The position numbers and the translations under genes were made by a program. Below, piece by piece: positions 1 through 21,960 of a DNA stretch of 64,000 nt. Each line of letters starts with the position of its first letter. Position 1 is the stretch's first letter. Where the stretch lies: contig CM120642.1 in assembly GCA_051362555.1 (NCBI GenBank), positions 19,716,001 to 19,780,000 on the forward strand. Direction: 5' to 3'. Origin of the DNA: Lingula anatina. Lineage: Eukaryota; Animalia; Brachiopoda. The notes under the pieces were generated by a model. The model made no database searches. It worked only from the letters and a program-made list of their open reading frames with translations, and was not told the DNA's origin.

Positions 1-567
1 AGGTCCATAGTTACTATTGAACTTGAATAGGAAGTCATATACTGGCAATCTAAATGTGACCTTAAAATTGACCTTTGACCTACTTTTCACCATGAACTGA
101 ACTTTGCAAATTTTGCTTTCCTTTTATATCCAAAACTGGCAGAGATAGGTCCGTAGTTACTATTGAACTTGAATAGGAAGTCATATACTGGCAATCTAAA
201 TGTGACCTTGAAATTGACCTTTGACCTACTTTTTATCATGAAGTGAACTCTGCTAATTTCTTTCTCTTTTAACTTCAAACTTGACAGAGATAGGTCCATA
301 GTTACTCTTGAACTTGAATAGGAAGTCATATACTGTGACCTTGAAATTGACCCTTGACCTATCTTACAAAGAACTTGAATTTGATTGTACCATATATATT
401 TTTTGCAATAGTTTAAAAATTCTTGTTGATTGCATTTTTACAGCTTGTCAAGCACAAAACTGGTGGCTGTGTCCCTTATTTTGTGTATGTGGGGGTCTAT
501 ACGAATGCGCTTGCTCCAGCTGGTGGTACAATATTCGGAGGCGGTATCGCCTCTCTGATCCTCTAGT
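1..567 (+). mobile_element. 3' part of non-autonomous Helentron/HINE (DINE-1-like) element with 146-bp internal tandem repeats
   Basis: About 2.4 copies of a 145-146 bp unit (AGGTCC anchors at 1, 147, 292), subterminal repeat GCTGGTGGTACA (519-530), hairpin GAGGCG-gtat-CGCCTC (538-553) and terminal CTAG+TT (563-568). It is the reverse complement of the left end of the complete copy at 52780-55095. Confidence 0.8.
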
Positions 568-628
568 TTTAATTAAAAGATCACGGCTCCATTCGACCAC
601 ACTCGTGCGGAGGTGTGTCAGAGGTGGA

Positions 629-893
629 GAGACCATTACAGGATTAAGTGGTCTTCCTTTCATGTAGGGTCCGCCATATTTGAGCCTTGGACCAGTTGAT
701 ACTCAGATCTTCTATTCTGAATAGCATCTAACAGATCTACAGGTCAAATATGGTCACCCACTAAAAAGCTTTCTGCTTAATATTCAAAAAGACACTAAAT
801 AGATTCACTGCAGGGATTACACAACAAGCATTCAAGTGGGTTGGTCATATTTGATCTGCGGATCTGTTAGTCGGCTGTTGTGAATGCACTTTA
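629..893. mobile_element. Degenerate foldback MITE fragments
   Basis: 629-683 matches the right arm of the MITE at 15859-16150 (ctttcatgtagggtccgccatatttga). 728-762 and 835-870 are imperfect inverted repeats. Confidence 0.55.
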
Positions 894-1195
894 GGGTGTT
901 ACAGGTAAGGTGTGTTTCCTGAGCACCACTTAAGAGGGGGGGGGGGGGGGAGTAAAGTTACCTTAAACTAGGTTATCCTGGTAAACAGAATTGGAATATT
1001 TTGTCAGGGCTTTTATGGATGTTTTTTGATGCACGTTCGCTGAGAAGATTTGAGTAGGGCTCTTTTGTACTAGTACTGCAGACTCCAAGCAACATGGTTT
1101 TGAAATCTGTTTGGATACTGGTAGTTAAAAACATAAGCTAGAATGTGCCATGTGCCATATTACATTACAGGGTCTAACAAGTCAGCTTAATCTAA

Positions 1196-1410
1196 GACCC
1201 CATTCCCACAGATTTTAGATCGATCTATCCCTGTGGGGAGTTTCACTAGATTACTGTCAGCTTAGCCGGCTTAAGCGTCTGTCCCGCCAACTATAAGCCG
1301 TAAGGAGGTAATTAACTGTCATGCGCGCTTGGCTGACTGCAATTTAGCGTGAAACCCAAGGGAGTTAGGTCAATCTGGATGGATCGATCTAAATCTCTGG
1401 GAATGCACTC
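1196..1410. mobile_element. PIF/Harbinger-like (Tourist-type) MITE
   Basis: TIRs cattcccacagattttagatcgatc / gatcgatctaaatctctgggaatg, flanked by TAA at 1193-1195 and 1411-1413. An inverted sister copy lies at 15657-15855. Confidence 0.75.
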
Positions 1411-1939
1411 TAAAAACACGTTTTACTGATCACAGGAAATGGGGAACCATCAACATGTATTAAAAATAAAAACTACTGTAAGCTCAGCTAAAAGTTCTGT
1501 ATTAGTGACATTAAATGAAAAAAGCCATTTGTTAGTATGTAGCATGACTAGGTAATGACATTGCTCTAGTTTTATACATATGCTATTACGAATGAGGCTG
1601 CAAAACTAGACATACAGCAAATATTCATTTGTAGTTGCCCTAGTTTATAAGGGTAACATTATGCTGACAAGTTAGCCATTTAGGTTCGTACATGTGCTTA
1701 TAAATTATATATATTCATAATACTTTATTTATAACCATAGGCAATTTCAGATTGTCTTTCCTTTTTTCATTATTTTATAATTGTGGCATGGACAATCTTG
1801 AAACCACTCAGTTATCAAAATTTTAATATTTCCATCTGTAATTTTTTTGTCTTAAACATTTGTTGGTAGTTATTTGTTTCTTAGTTATTTTAAATGTCAG
1901 TAGCAGTTCTTTCTTTTACTTAATGTGCCTTGTTTCCAG

Positions 1940-3099
1940 GTAGTAGAAGCCCATTTGGTTCTCCTGGTAGATGCTCTAGTAACAGTAGCCCGGTAGTAAA
2001 TGGGGGTGGTTCAATACCAAATATTAAACAGCCATTAATAGGTAAGACTAGAAACATTTAGTTGATGCAGTTTGTAATTTAGTTGTGATTACCATTACAC
2101 ATTACAACAGTTTACTAATCTTTTTGCATTTGATGAGTTTTTTATGCTTAAATGTGGTGGTGGGAAAATACTTCTCTTTATAGAAATGATCATAAACAAA
2201 AAGAATCAACTTGATATCAATTCTTGGTAACAATCCTGGACAGTGTCTTTTGCAAAATGATTGTTGTTAGAAAATAATCTTCACTCCATTTTATCAAAAA
2301 TTGTCTTGGTATCTGAGTATAAAATATGTTGTTTCTAGTTTATATTTTTTCCATCTGAATGAGTTTTGTATTGCATAGTGCATCCTAACACTTTATGTAT
2401 GATCATGTTCTAAATTACGAAAAAAAATATTTTGATGCCAAAAATTGTTAACACTATTTGATGGTTGTCCCTTGATCACATTAATTAACTTACCTCAGAA
2501 TTGGTCAAGGCTCTATGCTCTTGTCTTCAAAGAAGGTGCTTTGAAAAATATACTGCAGACACAGAATATGCCATAGCTGTCACATCTAACTTGTTTATCA
2601 CAACAACTTGCCACTATAGCTATCACATCTAACACACTCATCACAGCTAGGGCAATTATCACATCTTAAACAGCTATCACATCTAACACAGATATCACAT
2701 CGAAAATAGCTATTACATCTTCCAGGGCTTTCACAGCTATTACCTCTCACAGTCATCACATCCAATACAGCTATCACAATTAACGCAACTATCACATCTT
2801 GCAGTCATCACATCTTGCAGTTATCGCAGCTCTCACATCTAACATAGCTATTAACCTAAGTGTATTAATGTTTTCACATGTTCTCCACTTTAGCAATAAA
2901 ACAGGGTAAGTTATGCTGTAGTGTGCTTGTGTCTTCATGGGTTTTGTTTGATGTGAATATGCGTATGACTCTGATTTATTGTTGAATGATAATGTATTTA
3001 GTATTCTTAGTGAAGCATAAATTTAAACAGTATGTACACTGCATAAATTTCGGCACATGCAAGCATGTACACACACTGCTTGATTATTATTTTATTACC

Positions 3100-3147
<48 letters not shown>

Positions 3148-6100
3148 TTGCAATATTTAATATAAATGTTCTCATGTCATTGTCTTCAATATCTTATTGT
3201 TTTTCTGTATTGTATATAACAGAGATCAAAATATAGTGTCAGTGCAATTTGTAGTATGAGGCATACATTTAGTAGCTGGGATTTGTATGATGTTTGCTGT
3301 TTTGCTCACAGAAGTCTTTAACAGTGATTTTCTTGCTTTCTGTTTGAACACACTATGGTCTCCCTTTGCTCATCCAGTACTAGTGGCTTTAGTTACTTTC
3401 CCTTTGCACAGAGCATATTTTTAAAAAATTCTGTTTGACGTGAATATCCCAGCATTGTGCACTTCAGGGAATGCCTTCTGCACTTTGTGATGCTGTTACT
3501 ATTATAGCAATGATGCTTGAAGTTAACAGAATACAATGACATTAACTTTAAAGATCTTACTGTTTGTAAGAGTCATGCTGTATGAATAAATTTCCTCGTT
3601 GAAAGATATTGAAGTTTTCAAGACCAGTTAATACTAGATATTCTTTACTAGTACTTAAAATAAGGCAAGTTAGCTCACGTTTTTGTTAAGTTATATTCAT
3701 GATTTAACTTTCATATTTCCAGGATCTAGGATAGATACAGGAACTTTTACTCGGCCGAAGAAGACGCGTGATTCAACAGATGGCAAGGAGAGTGGCCTCA
3801 AGTCCAGCGTGGTCACTGAGGGGCAAGAAGACCAACATAAGATAGACGTGCATGACATACAAGAACTGGCAAGATTACAGGAAGAAAGTATGTAAAAATA
3901 TATATATATGAATAAGGAAAAAAACATTAACCCTGACCTGGGACAAGTGTGATAACAGCTAAGATTCAGTTAAAAAAATCTATTTGAGTGAGAAGACAGT
4001 AGAGGAATATTGTCAGTATTTATTATTATTATTATTATTATTATATTTTTTCTTTTGGGGGGGACTGACAGCTGGTAAGTCCAAGAATTTAGAAAGGAGA
4101 GCCAAAATTTACCCCCCCCCCTCCCCTTCCCCAACTGTTCCTACAGATCTGCCCAAGTAGAATTCTTGTAGAGAGTTAGTTAAAAGAAAACTATGTTTGT
4201 GTTCCTATAATTTGTTATTGCATGTCATTTGACATGGAATAAAGTATACCTACACAGGACATAAAAAGGGGAGGACAGGCTGAGATTGCAGGAGGAATGT
4301 GATAACAAATTAATTTGCTATAATATTATTATTATTAAAATATCAGGTTTATGATTAGGTCTAGGTATTTGTAAAACTTGATATAAGTCCTGAGGTTTGA
4401 ATAGACATCTTTCTAAAATTTCACGTCTGTGATTTTCGTGTGCAATGTTGAAAGTAACTTATGGTTTAAAATTTATTTGCTACAGGTTTGAGGCAGAGTT
4501 TTTCACCTTTGACGTCTCCCAGGAGAAGTAAGTTTTACATGTTGTTTCACATGTTTTATCAAGTGAAAGAGCAGTCATTGGATTTTTAAATGGATTTGAT
4601 TTGCAGCTTATTTTGTTCTGGTGGCCAAGCATACTTGAAAAAATTAATGTTTTTATTAAAAAGCATATCGGTTGCTAATGTCCTTGGTAAGTATAGACCT
4701 ATCTAACCATGTAAATTTGTTGCAGATAAGATTTAAAATATATTGGAAAGCTGAACTAACCAAAGCCAAAATGACATATTTTTGATATTATATATTAATA
4801 ATTATAGTGGAATATATATATTTTTTTTATTTCTTAAGCTATTGTCCTTAAATTTCAGCTGCCAAAGTAAAAGCCGGACCTGTGCCACCGCTATCTTTGA
4901 GTGATGCAGAAAATTCCTCACCATTAAGTTCAAACAGATCTAGTCCAGGGAGATTTGAAGGTAGCGAAACGGTCCTTGAGACTTTTATGAAGAGACATAC
5001 ATCACAAAAAGACTAAAAAGAAAAAAATCTAATATCAAACACCCAGTTTTTGAAATCTTGAAGGTCAGAGAGTTATATTCTATTCCATATGTCACACATA
5101 CAGTGTGGATTCTAGTGTTCCTGTCTGTGTTTCAGGAGACCCACCATTAAGAAGACTGAGCAATGGAGTCCAGTCGACAGGGTCCCTGTCCTCTGGGAGC
5201 AGTCCACCTGATAGTCCATATGGAAGCCAGTATCTAGAAACACAGAAGGGTAGGTTACTCTAGGCTGTGAAGAAAAGCAAATACAGTAGATTTCTGATGC
5301 TTTGAGACTGGAAAATTTGTTAAAGTTACTTGAAAACTTGCGTTAGGAAATTTTTGTAAAGCTTAAGTTAATACAACAGAAAAAAAATTGGTTGCGTTCA
5401 AGTGTTCTGCTGTCTACTGATGTCTTTCTATTTGGTAAGAAAAGTCATTTTTGCTACTATCTCATATTTTTGTGGCAAATTTGGTTTTCCAAATTGACCT
5501 CGAAAGAGTTTATGAAAAATGTTCTGTTGAAGTACAAGAAAGATATTTGAAGCCTTTAGGATTAAAAGGCAAGTGAGTAATATGATCATGATAATAATGC
5601 TATGGATGGGATGTTTTGATGTATTATGTAAAGTTACATAATTTTAAATGGAATTTGAAAATTTTATTCTACCCCTCGGGTACAAAATTTTAATCCCTTA
5701 TTTTGATAATTTCAGAACCTCATCGCAGAAGTTTGCCAAATCTCTCCAAGGGGACGTCAAATTTAAAATCTCCAACAAGTGCCACTGGCTCAGAAACATT
5801 TAGAGTCCAAGCTTCCCAAGTACAGCGCCCATCAGGAATGAAAGAGCCTGTCAATCATTCTCCGACGTATCGACCCACGTCACCAGCAGTTAGTGGTCTC
5901 AGACAACCGGCCAAGCGGCCAGTTTCGCCTGCTGGAAGTGGGATCCCTGGACCCAAGACGGGAATCCCAAGACCAGGGAGAACAGGAATTCCTTCGCCTA
6001 GGAGGTACTTCAGCAGCAACAACAAATGATTGCTTTGAAATAAAGAGACAATTAATTGGTAGCAAATATTCATTTGTCACATACTTATGTTTTTATGAAA

Positions 6101-6923
6101 CTTGGCAGATGTGTTATGCTGTCAGTCCAACATCTCCAGTCTGCACTGCCGTCTCTTGGTGCAATTGTCAGTGGTGAAGAACATTTGCTACCAATTAACA
6201 GTACCTCACCGATAAACCTATCTCAACAAAAGATAAGTTACTTTTAAGAATCACTTGCATGTATTGAAGTACTGCCTCCTGCTGGAAAAGAAATATCTAA
6301 ATCAAATGCTTAGAATGGATCAGTTTGTCAAAAGAAAATGAAAAAGTGTTTAGCCACTTATTGTTATTGATTTGGTGTAAGATAATTTTGGCAATAACAA
6401 AATTGCATCGCTAATTTTTTCCAGAACTTCTCTATAATATGTTACGTGTGACCTCATTTGACATTTGTGGATACTGAAACTGATATTGTGTAGCTGCCTG
6501 ATAGCAACTTAATAATCTTTTACCACAAACTCCATGTTACCTTCATAAAGTATTCAGACATACTTGTGCATTGATTAGCTATTGTTTTTGTAGTTATGAA
6601 TTCCATATATTACTTAAATTATATAAATTTTAAGTTAATTTTTCTATACAAACTGTATTTTATACTGTGCCAAGGAAACTCATTCAAACAAAAAAAAAAA
6701 AAAAGAAAGAAAGAAAGAAAAGAAAACCTCTGAGGGTGTCCAGACTGGCCTTCAGACAACCAGGCTTCAGTCCTGGTTGTTAGTTGGTATCAGGCTGTTG
6801 GGTCTAAATTGGACCTGGTGGGAACACAGCATTAATTACTTATCACACAAATACAGTGACTCATTCATTATGCAGGCAGTCTTACTGGTAGTGGATCTCT
6901 TTAAAGAATTGAAAAAATTGTAC

Positions 6924-6963
<40 letters not shown>

Positions 6964-7438
6964 GTTGTTGTAGATGAGCCCCTTATTGAATCAGTATTTG
7001 CAGTCTCTTAGACTAGACTAGACTAGATTAAGTCTCTTAGAGTCTGAGAGTAGATTGAGAGGGATGCACTGTCAAATATTAATGGCACTAATGTTTGCTG
7101 TTGTACTGTGATCTTCATCTTTTCATATTTCATTTGACTTTATACTGTTAGTAGAAAACCCTTCACTAATTGTAATGTAGTTTTGTCTTTGCCTATTACA
7201 GTACTGCTTGCAAGTATACTCTCCAATTTATTTTGCTCCTTCCATGGTAAATGTGTTAACAGAGTGTTACTGCATTTATCGACAGTACTGTACATTTTGT
7301 TTTGTCTTTTGTTATGTTCTGTAGCTAAGTTTGCATGGTTTTTGTTGCAGGAATAACTATGGCATGACAGCAGCGGGGAGGAGTGGATCTAAAAACAGTA
7401 TAGATAGTGACGAGAGCTGGAAAGAAGGGTGTTACTAG
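1940..7438 (+). CDS. SLAIN2: SLAIN motif-containing protein (SLAIN1/2-like microtubule plus-end tracking protein), 3' exons; 5' end lies upstream of the window
   Basis: Exons 1940-2041, (2894-2905 candidate microexon), 3723-3887, 4486-4527, 4859-4960, 5136-5249, 5716-6004, 7351-7438, all GT-AG and in phase. Translation contains DVHDIQELARLQEESLRQ, RRSLPNL, SxIP-type motifs (SGIP, TGIP x2) and the hallmark SLAIN C-terminus DESWKEGCY*. Confidence 0.88.
2575..2850. repeat. Degenerate ~18-bp minisatellite (cagctatcacatctaaca)
   Basis: About 15 recurrences of variants of agctatcacatct within a SLAIN intron. Confidence 0.7.
3101..3149. repeat. (TTTA)n microsatellite
   Basis: Direct reading. Confidence 0.9.
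6924..6971. repeat. (TAT)n/(TGT)n microsatellite
   Basis: Direct reading. Explains the poly-Tyr ORF 6777-6977. Confidence 0.9.
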
Positions 7439-10400
7439 TTCTGGTACGAGGCTGAGGACAAAGAGGCAGTGGACCTGGTAACCGAGATATGGAAAAAATA
7501 GTCAACTAAAGTTTACAGAAAGAAGACTGTTAATGGCAGAGCAAGAGAGATGGGGGGCACAAGGCACAACTAGCTTGAAATATTTGTTTATTTATTCATT
7601 TATTTTAATTTTTGAGACTGATGGAAAGATTGTTGAGAATGTTTGAGAAGCAGGCAGTTTCTGAAAATAGATACAATCAACACTGATAGAGTATAGGGGG
7701 ATTTTTTTTACTACTAAAATATACTTTATTGAAACTATGAAATGTAAATTCTCACTTCTCCTGACATCTGCCAGCTTCTACATATTTTTCCCACATACTT
7801 CCATGTTTGGATACTGCTTTCTTGCAAGCAACCATAGAGCTGATGAACATCACCATGGTCTTGTTGAGTCCAGCTCATATGTTTTGAATGACTGAACCAG
7901 AAACTGATTGCTTATACTTGAAGAACGGCATTTTACAGACAAGTTTAAAACCAACCATTTCTTAGCGTTACTGTAGCAGCAATATACTGTAGTTGTTCAG
8001 TTTTCTAGGAAGTGTTTAGTACATGGTGCATCATGCAGATTGGTAAAAACGTAAATAAGGGACATTCAATGCACGTAGAGAGAAATTTTGATCAAAATTA
8101 TTTGAATATCTAGGATAAATGAATCGGAATTAGCCTTTGGATCATGGGAAAAATTATAAATGTACTAAATTGAATGTCCCAGACTTCCTATGCTACCAAC
8201 ACAGCTTGACTGTTTCTGTTGTGCTTTTTTGCATCCTTTGTAATCAGTGTCATGATTGTTTTTGTTTTCACATTTATCAGTATGATAAAAATCCCCCTCT
8301 TAGGATGTCGATGGTGTTTAAGAAACCACCTGGCCTGTCAAGCATCTCCTCCTTGTCTTCATATTTTTTTAATCAGTCAATAATTATATTCCTTTTTTAC
8401 AAGGGCATAGAAATAGAGAAAGTGCTTTTTGTCTCAAATTTCCCTGCCACCCTTCCCAATCTGCCATTGATTTATTTTTTCTGTGAATGATGGATTTTAA
8501 CAGTCAACAGCAATACGAGAGTCACAACATAACAATAATTTATTTATTGAATTGCTACCTGCGGGCAGTGGTAAGGAAAAATGTATTTGCTTCAGTCAGA
8601 TTTAATCCTATGAGTATATGCAGGGTTGTGCACAACTTTGCAAGGGGCTTTTTTTTTCTCCTCATTACTTATTTGGCTTAAGCTGTACTTCTACTGGACA
8701 GGCAATACCAGATATATCATCAGTTAAATCTAAACAGACTGACTTGGACATGATGTTTAGTAATAATAAAAAGAGCTACATGCAATCAATGAAGAGATAT
8801 GGAGACGAAAGCTTGCGAGTCACGTTGATTGTCGTGACCCATTTACAATGTGAAAATTGTTTAGAATTCGACTTCACAGTATATTATATAAGAGCCTGGA
8901 AAGTGCTTAGCTGTCAATACATTATGGGAAAAAAACTTGTGATATTTTAAGTTTTGACATAAGAAAGCCAGTCAACACTTAAGGTTTTGCATTAAACGAC
9001 CAGCAATGATAAAAAACTAGGGGTGAAGTATTCACGAATTATATTACAGGACCCATCAGCATGACGGAGACTTTAGACATTGACAGCTACTGTTTTAAAA
9101 AATCATGTATGTAAACCAATAATATCTACACCAAGAAGACATATTATTTTATATACTGTAGTGTATAGATTGTATATCATTGTATATACTAATAATTGTT
9201 GATATTATCTGTCTTGTTTTTGAGTTGCTGTGGCCTTTATTTGAAATATTTTCATGTGGATTTCTTGGAATTTATTCTACTAACAATTACAAAAATTACA
9301 TAATGTGGTTGTTAACCACCTTAAAAGCATCCAGATCACAGTAACATGGATAATCATTATCATTAGAAATTTTCATTTAGAGTTTGTGGATTTGAGGTCA
9401 CTGCGTAAAAAAAAAGTATTTCAGTCATGTTAACATGGTATATCTTTTTGATATGTTTTTAAAATTTTAAATCTTTGAAATTCTGTTTGGTCGCTTTAAG
9501 ATAATATCACTCAACAATTATTTTACTTTGCTCATTTCCTGTTCAATTGTTTTTAAAATGTTTTGTCTACTTCCAAAAATCAAGGGTTTGTTGTTATGGA
9601 AAGTATATAAGTGCATTGAATAGTTTTTGTTCAAGAAGTGATTGTCTTATCTCTTGTTAAGCTTAATAACCATGAACCTGGTCCAGCCTTTGTTTGGTAT
9701 ATTTAAAATTGCTTTTGGAAAAATTATTTATCAAGAATCAGGTGATGGAAGATCAGGCTGTTCACAGCTTACTGCAGCTGATAGTGATCCCTCTTTCATA
9801 TTTATTTCAAGGCAAAATAAATGATCATTAAAAAATGAATATCGTTGTGGCTGTTGATACTCTTCTGAGAAGTAGGGTAAGGAAAATCACATTTGACAGA
9901 CTCTGTTTTTGGCTGTAATGTGTTTAAATCGGGCAGAACTTCAAAATATTTCCTTGAAGTGGCACATAAAGCGAGGGTGGATTCCCGACAATGCAAGTAA
10001 ACCACTTCTACTAGTTTCTTATATAACTACAATAAAGTCGGCATGCCAATGCATTAACCAAATTAATCCCTTGTTAAGTAAAATAATAATAAGGTAAATA
10101 ATAATGTTTTAAAACCGCGCCTTCACATTTCAAGTCGGAAATTGACCTATTTATCCGTCCCTCCATTTCATAAAAGCATCTTTTAAGCTCGTTTTTACTG
10201 GCAAGCTATTCAAATAGTCGCCCTCTGTTCATAATCCTCTCCATTCCTTCAAATTATTTCAAATGTATTTCAAGGGGGGCAGGGCGCATTGATTAAAAAA
10301 ATAACTTCACTCGACACTCGACTCGCTAGCCTGCAATAGACAATATAGGCCCCTATCACTTTAACATGGATATCACAGGGAAATTATCTTGTCTTATTCC

Positions 10401-10632
10401 TGAAACCACCCCTCAGTTTGGGTCCGCGAGGCACACTGCAGGCCGGGACGGATCCAGGATTATTTGGGCCCCGAAATATTTTGGTATTTTAGAGGGTGAA
10501 CGGTGCCATTTGGTACGTTTTAGAACAATGATTCAGCTAGTGAAAAGTCTACTTTCAAGAGGGGACCATAGGTGAAGGGGGGGAGTCAGGAATCTTTTTA
10601 CCCAGAGCACAAGAAACGCAATGAAGGATATG

Positions 10633-10921
10633 TGACGTCATGAAATTTTAAAGCCTCCCTGTCTCACCCAAGCGCATCGAACGCAATGTGGCCACGTTCG
10701 TCAAAATGCCAAGTAGTTGTCGCCAGAATAGTTTAATTCTTATAATGGTTTTTCCAAGAAAAACCACGGAGAATGAATGGTGTTCTCTGTATGAAAGCCA
10801 AAAAGGTTGTTATACCTTGCTGCGCAGTTATGTTATCGATGCGTATCGGGATTCCATTGCTTGGCGGGAAAGGAAGACAGCCGCGAGGAGGGAGGCGGCT
10901 GTTGGAGTTGGCATCCTCCAG
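10633..10921 (+). promoter_or_regulatory. Putative promoter and non-coding first exon of TRPC gene 1
   Basis: Locally CpG-richer sequence, palindromic CRE TGACGTCA at 10633-10640, donor CAG|GTAACG after 10921 and a matching acceptor near 11211 upstream of the ATG at 11284. Confidence 0.45.
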
Positions 10922-11283
10922 GTAACGTTGCATAAAAGACACTCTACTTTTGTTATCAGTTTTAGTAAAATTTCGTTCTATCAATGAAAGTGTTTATCAA
11001 TATTTTAACTGTATTTTTCTGTTAGGTCTGTTGTTTTTTTTATTGAACCCCAACTTTGTTAAAGTTTGTAGGGATGTAGCTTCTTTTGTGAGTCTGAATA
11101 CGCTAAAATTAGCGAGTTGTGTGAACGCAAATGTTATATTATAACTATGTCATGCTGGACTACTTAAACAAAAACAATAACCCTGAATAACGTATATAAT
11201 AATATGTTTAGGTTCAGCATGGTAAACCAAGGCTCTAAAGTAGCACAGCGCAAGTAGTGGCTTGGAAATTCTGCCTTGACAAC

Positions 11284-19762
<8,479 letters not shown>

Positions 19763-20384
19763 ATTTTCATCATTTGCTCAAGATAATTGACCAGTTTTAA
19801 GATAATGAAACACAGTGGTTTATCTGTATCATCTGCTTATTGATTTGGCTGGTGAATTTGATTTTACCTACAAAGTTTGATTTATTATTGAAAAGATAAA
19901 GAAAACAATGATAAACCAAGCATAGTTTAGTTTCCACAGAAACTGAAAAACAGTCTTTGTTGTGAGTATCTTTAATTTTGAGTTAATTTTCCCAGTGTAA
20001 TAGATTTTTTTTATTAAATGCCGTCAATTATTTTATTTTATTTTTTCAACTTTTTCAAGGATCAAAAAAGAAGATCATTCCTCTTCCTGAAGTAAAACTA
20101 TATGATGAAGATAATAACCAAGTGGACGAGGTGGCCTGAAACTTAATATTTGATACAAACAAAAAAATCCTTACAGATATCATTAACATATGAAACTTAG
20201 ACATTACATTGTTACATAAAACAAATTTATTTACAAGATATCTAAACATATATATATTTTTTACGATATGTGCAAGATTAATTTTCATTAAAATGTCTAG
20301 CATGGCTCCCAGTATTATATTAGATGGACAAAGTTAAAGGTATGGCACCGTTGGATTTCCTTGTTATATGAAACGGGCAGTTCC

Positions 20385-20635
20385 TATGGTATGTGAAAGA
20401 TGGAGTTTTTTTTAAGCAAAGGAGATAAACTCCAATGATATATAAAAGATGGGAGTTCAATAAGAAAAGAGTAATAAAAAAAACAAATCCAGTGAAATGT
20501 GAAAGACGGAGTTACTATTATGTGAAGGAGACATTCTAGTGCTATGTAAAAGATGAGATTCCAATATTATATGATAGATGATTGATAGATGAAATATGAA
20601 TATCAGGAATACGTGAAAGTTGAATTCCAATATAG
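20385..20635. repeat. Degenerate minisatellite (atgtgaaagatggagtt-like)
   Basis: About 6 diverged copies at 20391, 20444, 20497, 20520, 20545 and 20611. Confidence 0.45.
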
Positions 20636-21724
20636 TAAGAATCTTGTTAACGTTTATGGTCCCTTTTTTGTAGAATACCTGCGTGAGGAAATTGTATTAG
20701 TGACACGGAAACTTCTTGAATAATTATAACTTTTTTATTAGGATAGTTTCTAAATAGAACTATATTTTGTGGTCTTCATATAATACATTTTTTACAATAA
20801 CAAAAATCAATAAAAAATATATTATTTTTGTAGGGTTAATGTTATTTATATCATTAGTTATCAATATAGTTCTATTTTTGATACCGTTTTTTCAACTCTG
20901 CTAACACGTGCATGCGATGTGAAATTGTTTATACAGTTATATTAAAATTTTGTATACAAAATCATATGATATAGTTGAATAAAGTATTGTTACCAGTGCA
21001 TGTGTGAAAATTATTACATGACGACGATAACGTTAAAATGGAGGAAATGAAAATTTCTCGAGTTTGAAATCGACTGTCGTCTATAGATGTCTAATGTTTA
21101 GCTTATTCATATCAAGAGTAAAGCAATCTTAAGACTGCACTGACAGTTAAAATAAAATTCAACACGTCACCCAGGACGGGACCAGAAATTTGCATTGGCC
21201 TTTTTGCCCTTAAAAGAAGTCTGACATTATGTCGTTCCTAGGTCTCTTTGGTGCTGTCTCAATGGCGAAGACGATACTAAATTTAGAATTGTCATTGAAG
21301 AGTTACAGCAGTTTCAGGTGTTCCTTTGTGTGTTCTTGGAAGAAATCCTATTTCTAGCCGAAGTGCTCATGGAAAAGCATACTTTAAAGAACTGAATTGA
21401 AAACTTCCGAAATGTGAGAATTCATTTCTCACCTGTTGCCGTCTGAGTTTATGAAATACGTGTTATAAAAATTCCATGCTATCCATAATACTACTTTTAT
21501 TCCGTATCAATTACCTTATGCATTTCTTTCAGATTCCATCATGCGACCGGCATATAAAAACTCGTATATATATATATATTGGGCGAAATCGTAATATATA
21601 TCTTCCTTTAATGATTTATGTATGCCATGTTAATCAAACCTCTAACTGTTAAATCCTTTTGTTTATTCCATTACTCTCGAAATAATCAACAACAGACTTG
21701 CGCAATCCGATAAATAGGACTAGG

Positions 21725-21960
21725 TTCCCATACCTAGATCGATCTACCAGGATTGATCTGTCTCCGAGGGGTTTCTCGCTAAATTGCTTTAAGCTTAAAC
21801 GGCTTGAATGTCTGGGACGCCTACTGAAGCTGCTAAACGATAATTAATTACCCCCTAGCAGCTTCAGCAGGCGTGGCAGACAACTAAGCCGCTTGATTGC
21901 AATTTAGCGAGAATCTCCTCGGAGATCGATCCACAGTTAGTACGATAGCGTCTGGGAATA
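21725..21960. mobile_element. Fully palindromic foldback MITE related to the 1196/15657 family
   Basis: ctccgaggggtttctcgctaaattgc pairs with gcaatttagcgagaatctcctcggag, and cgcctactgaagctgcta pairs with tagcagcttcagcaggcg, around a central taattaatta. Confidence 0.7.

Noticed and set aside
87-667. ORFs within the HINE repeat and terminus
   Set aside because: No Rep, helicase or endonuclease motifs, and the frames are not preserved in the second copy.
2598-2795. Cys-rich ORF with CxxC repeats (metallothionein- or ferredoxin-like look)
   Set aside because: It is the translation of an 18-bp intronic minisatellite on the antisense strand, with no ATG start or splice support.
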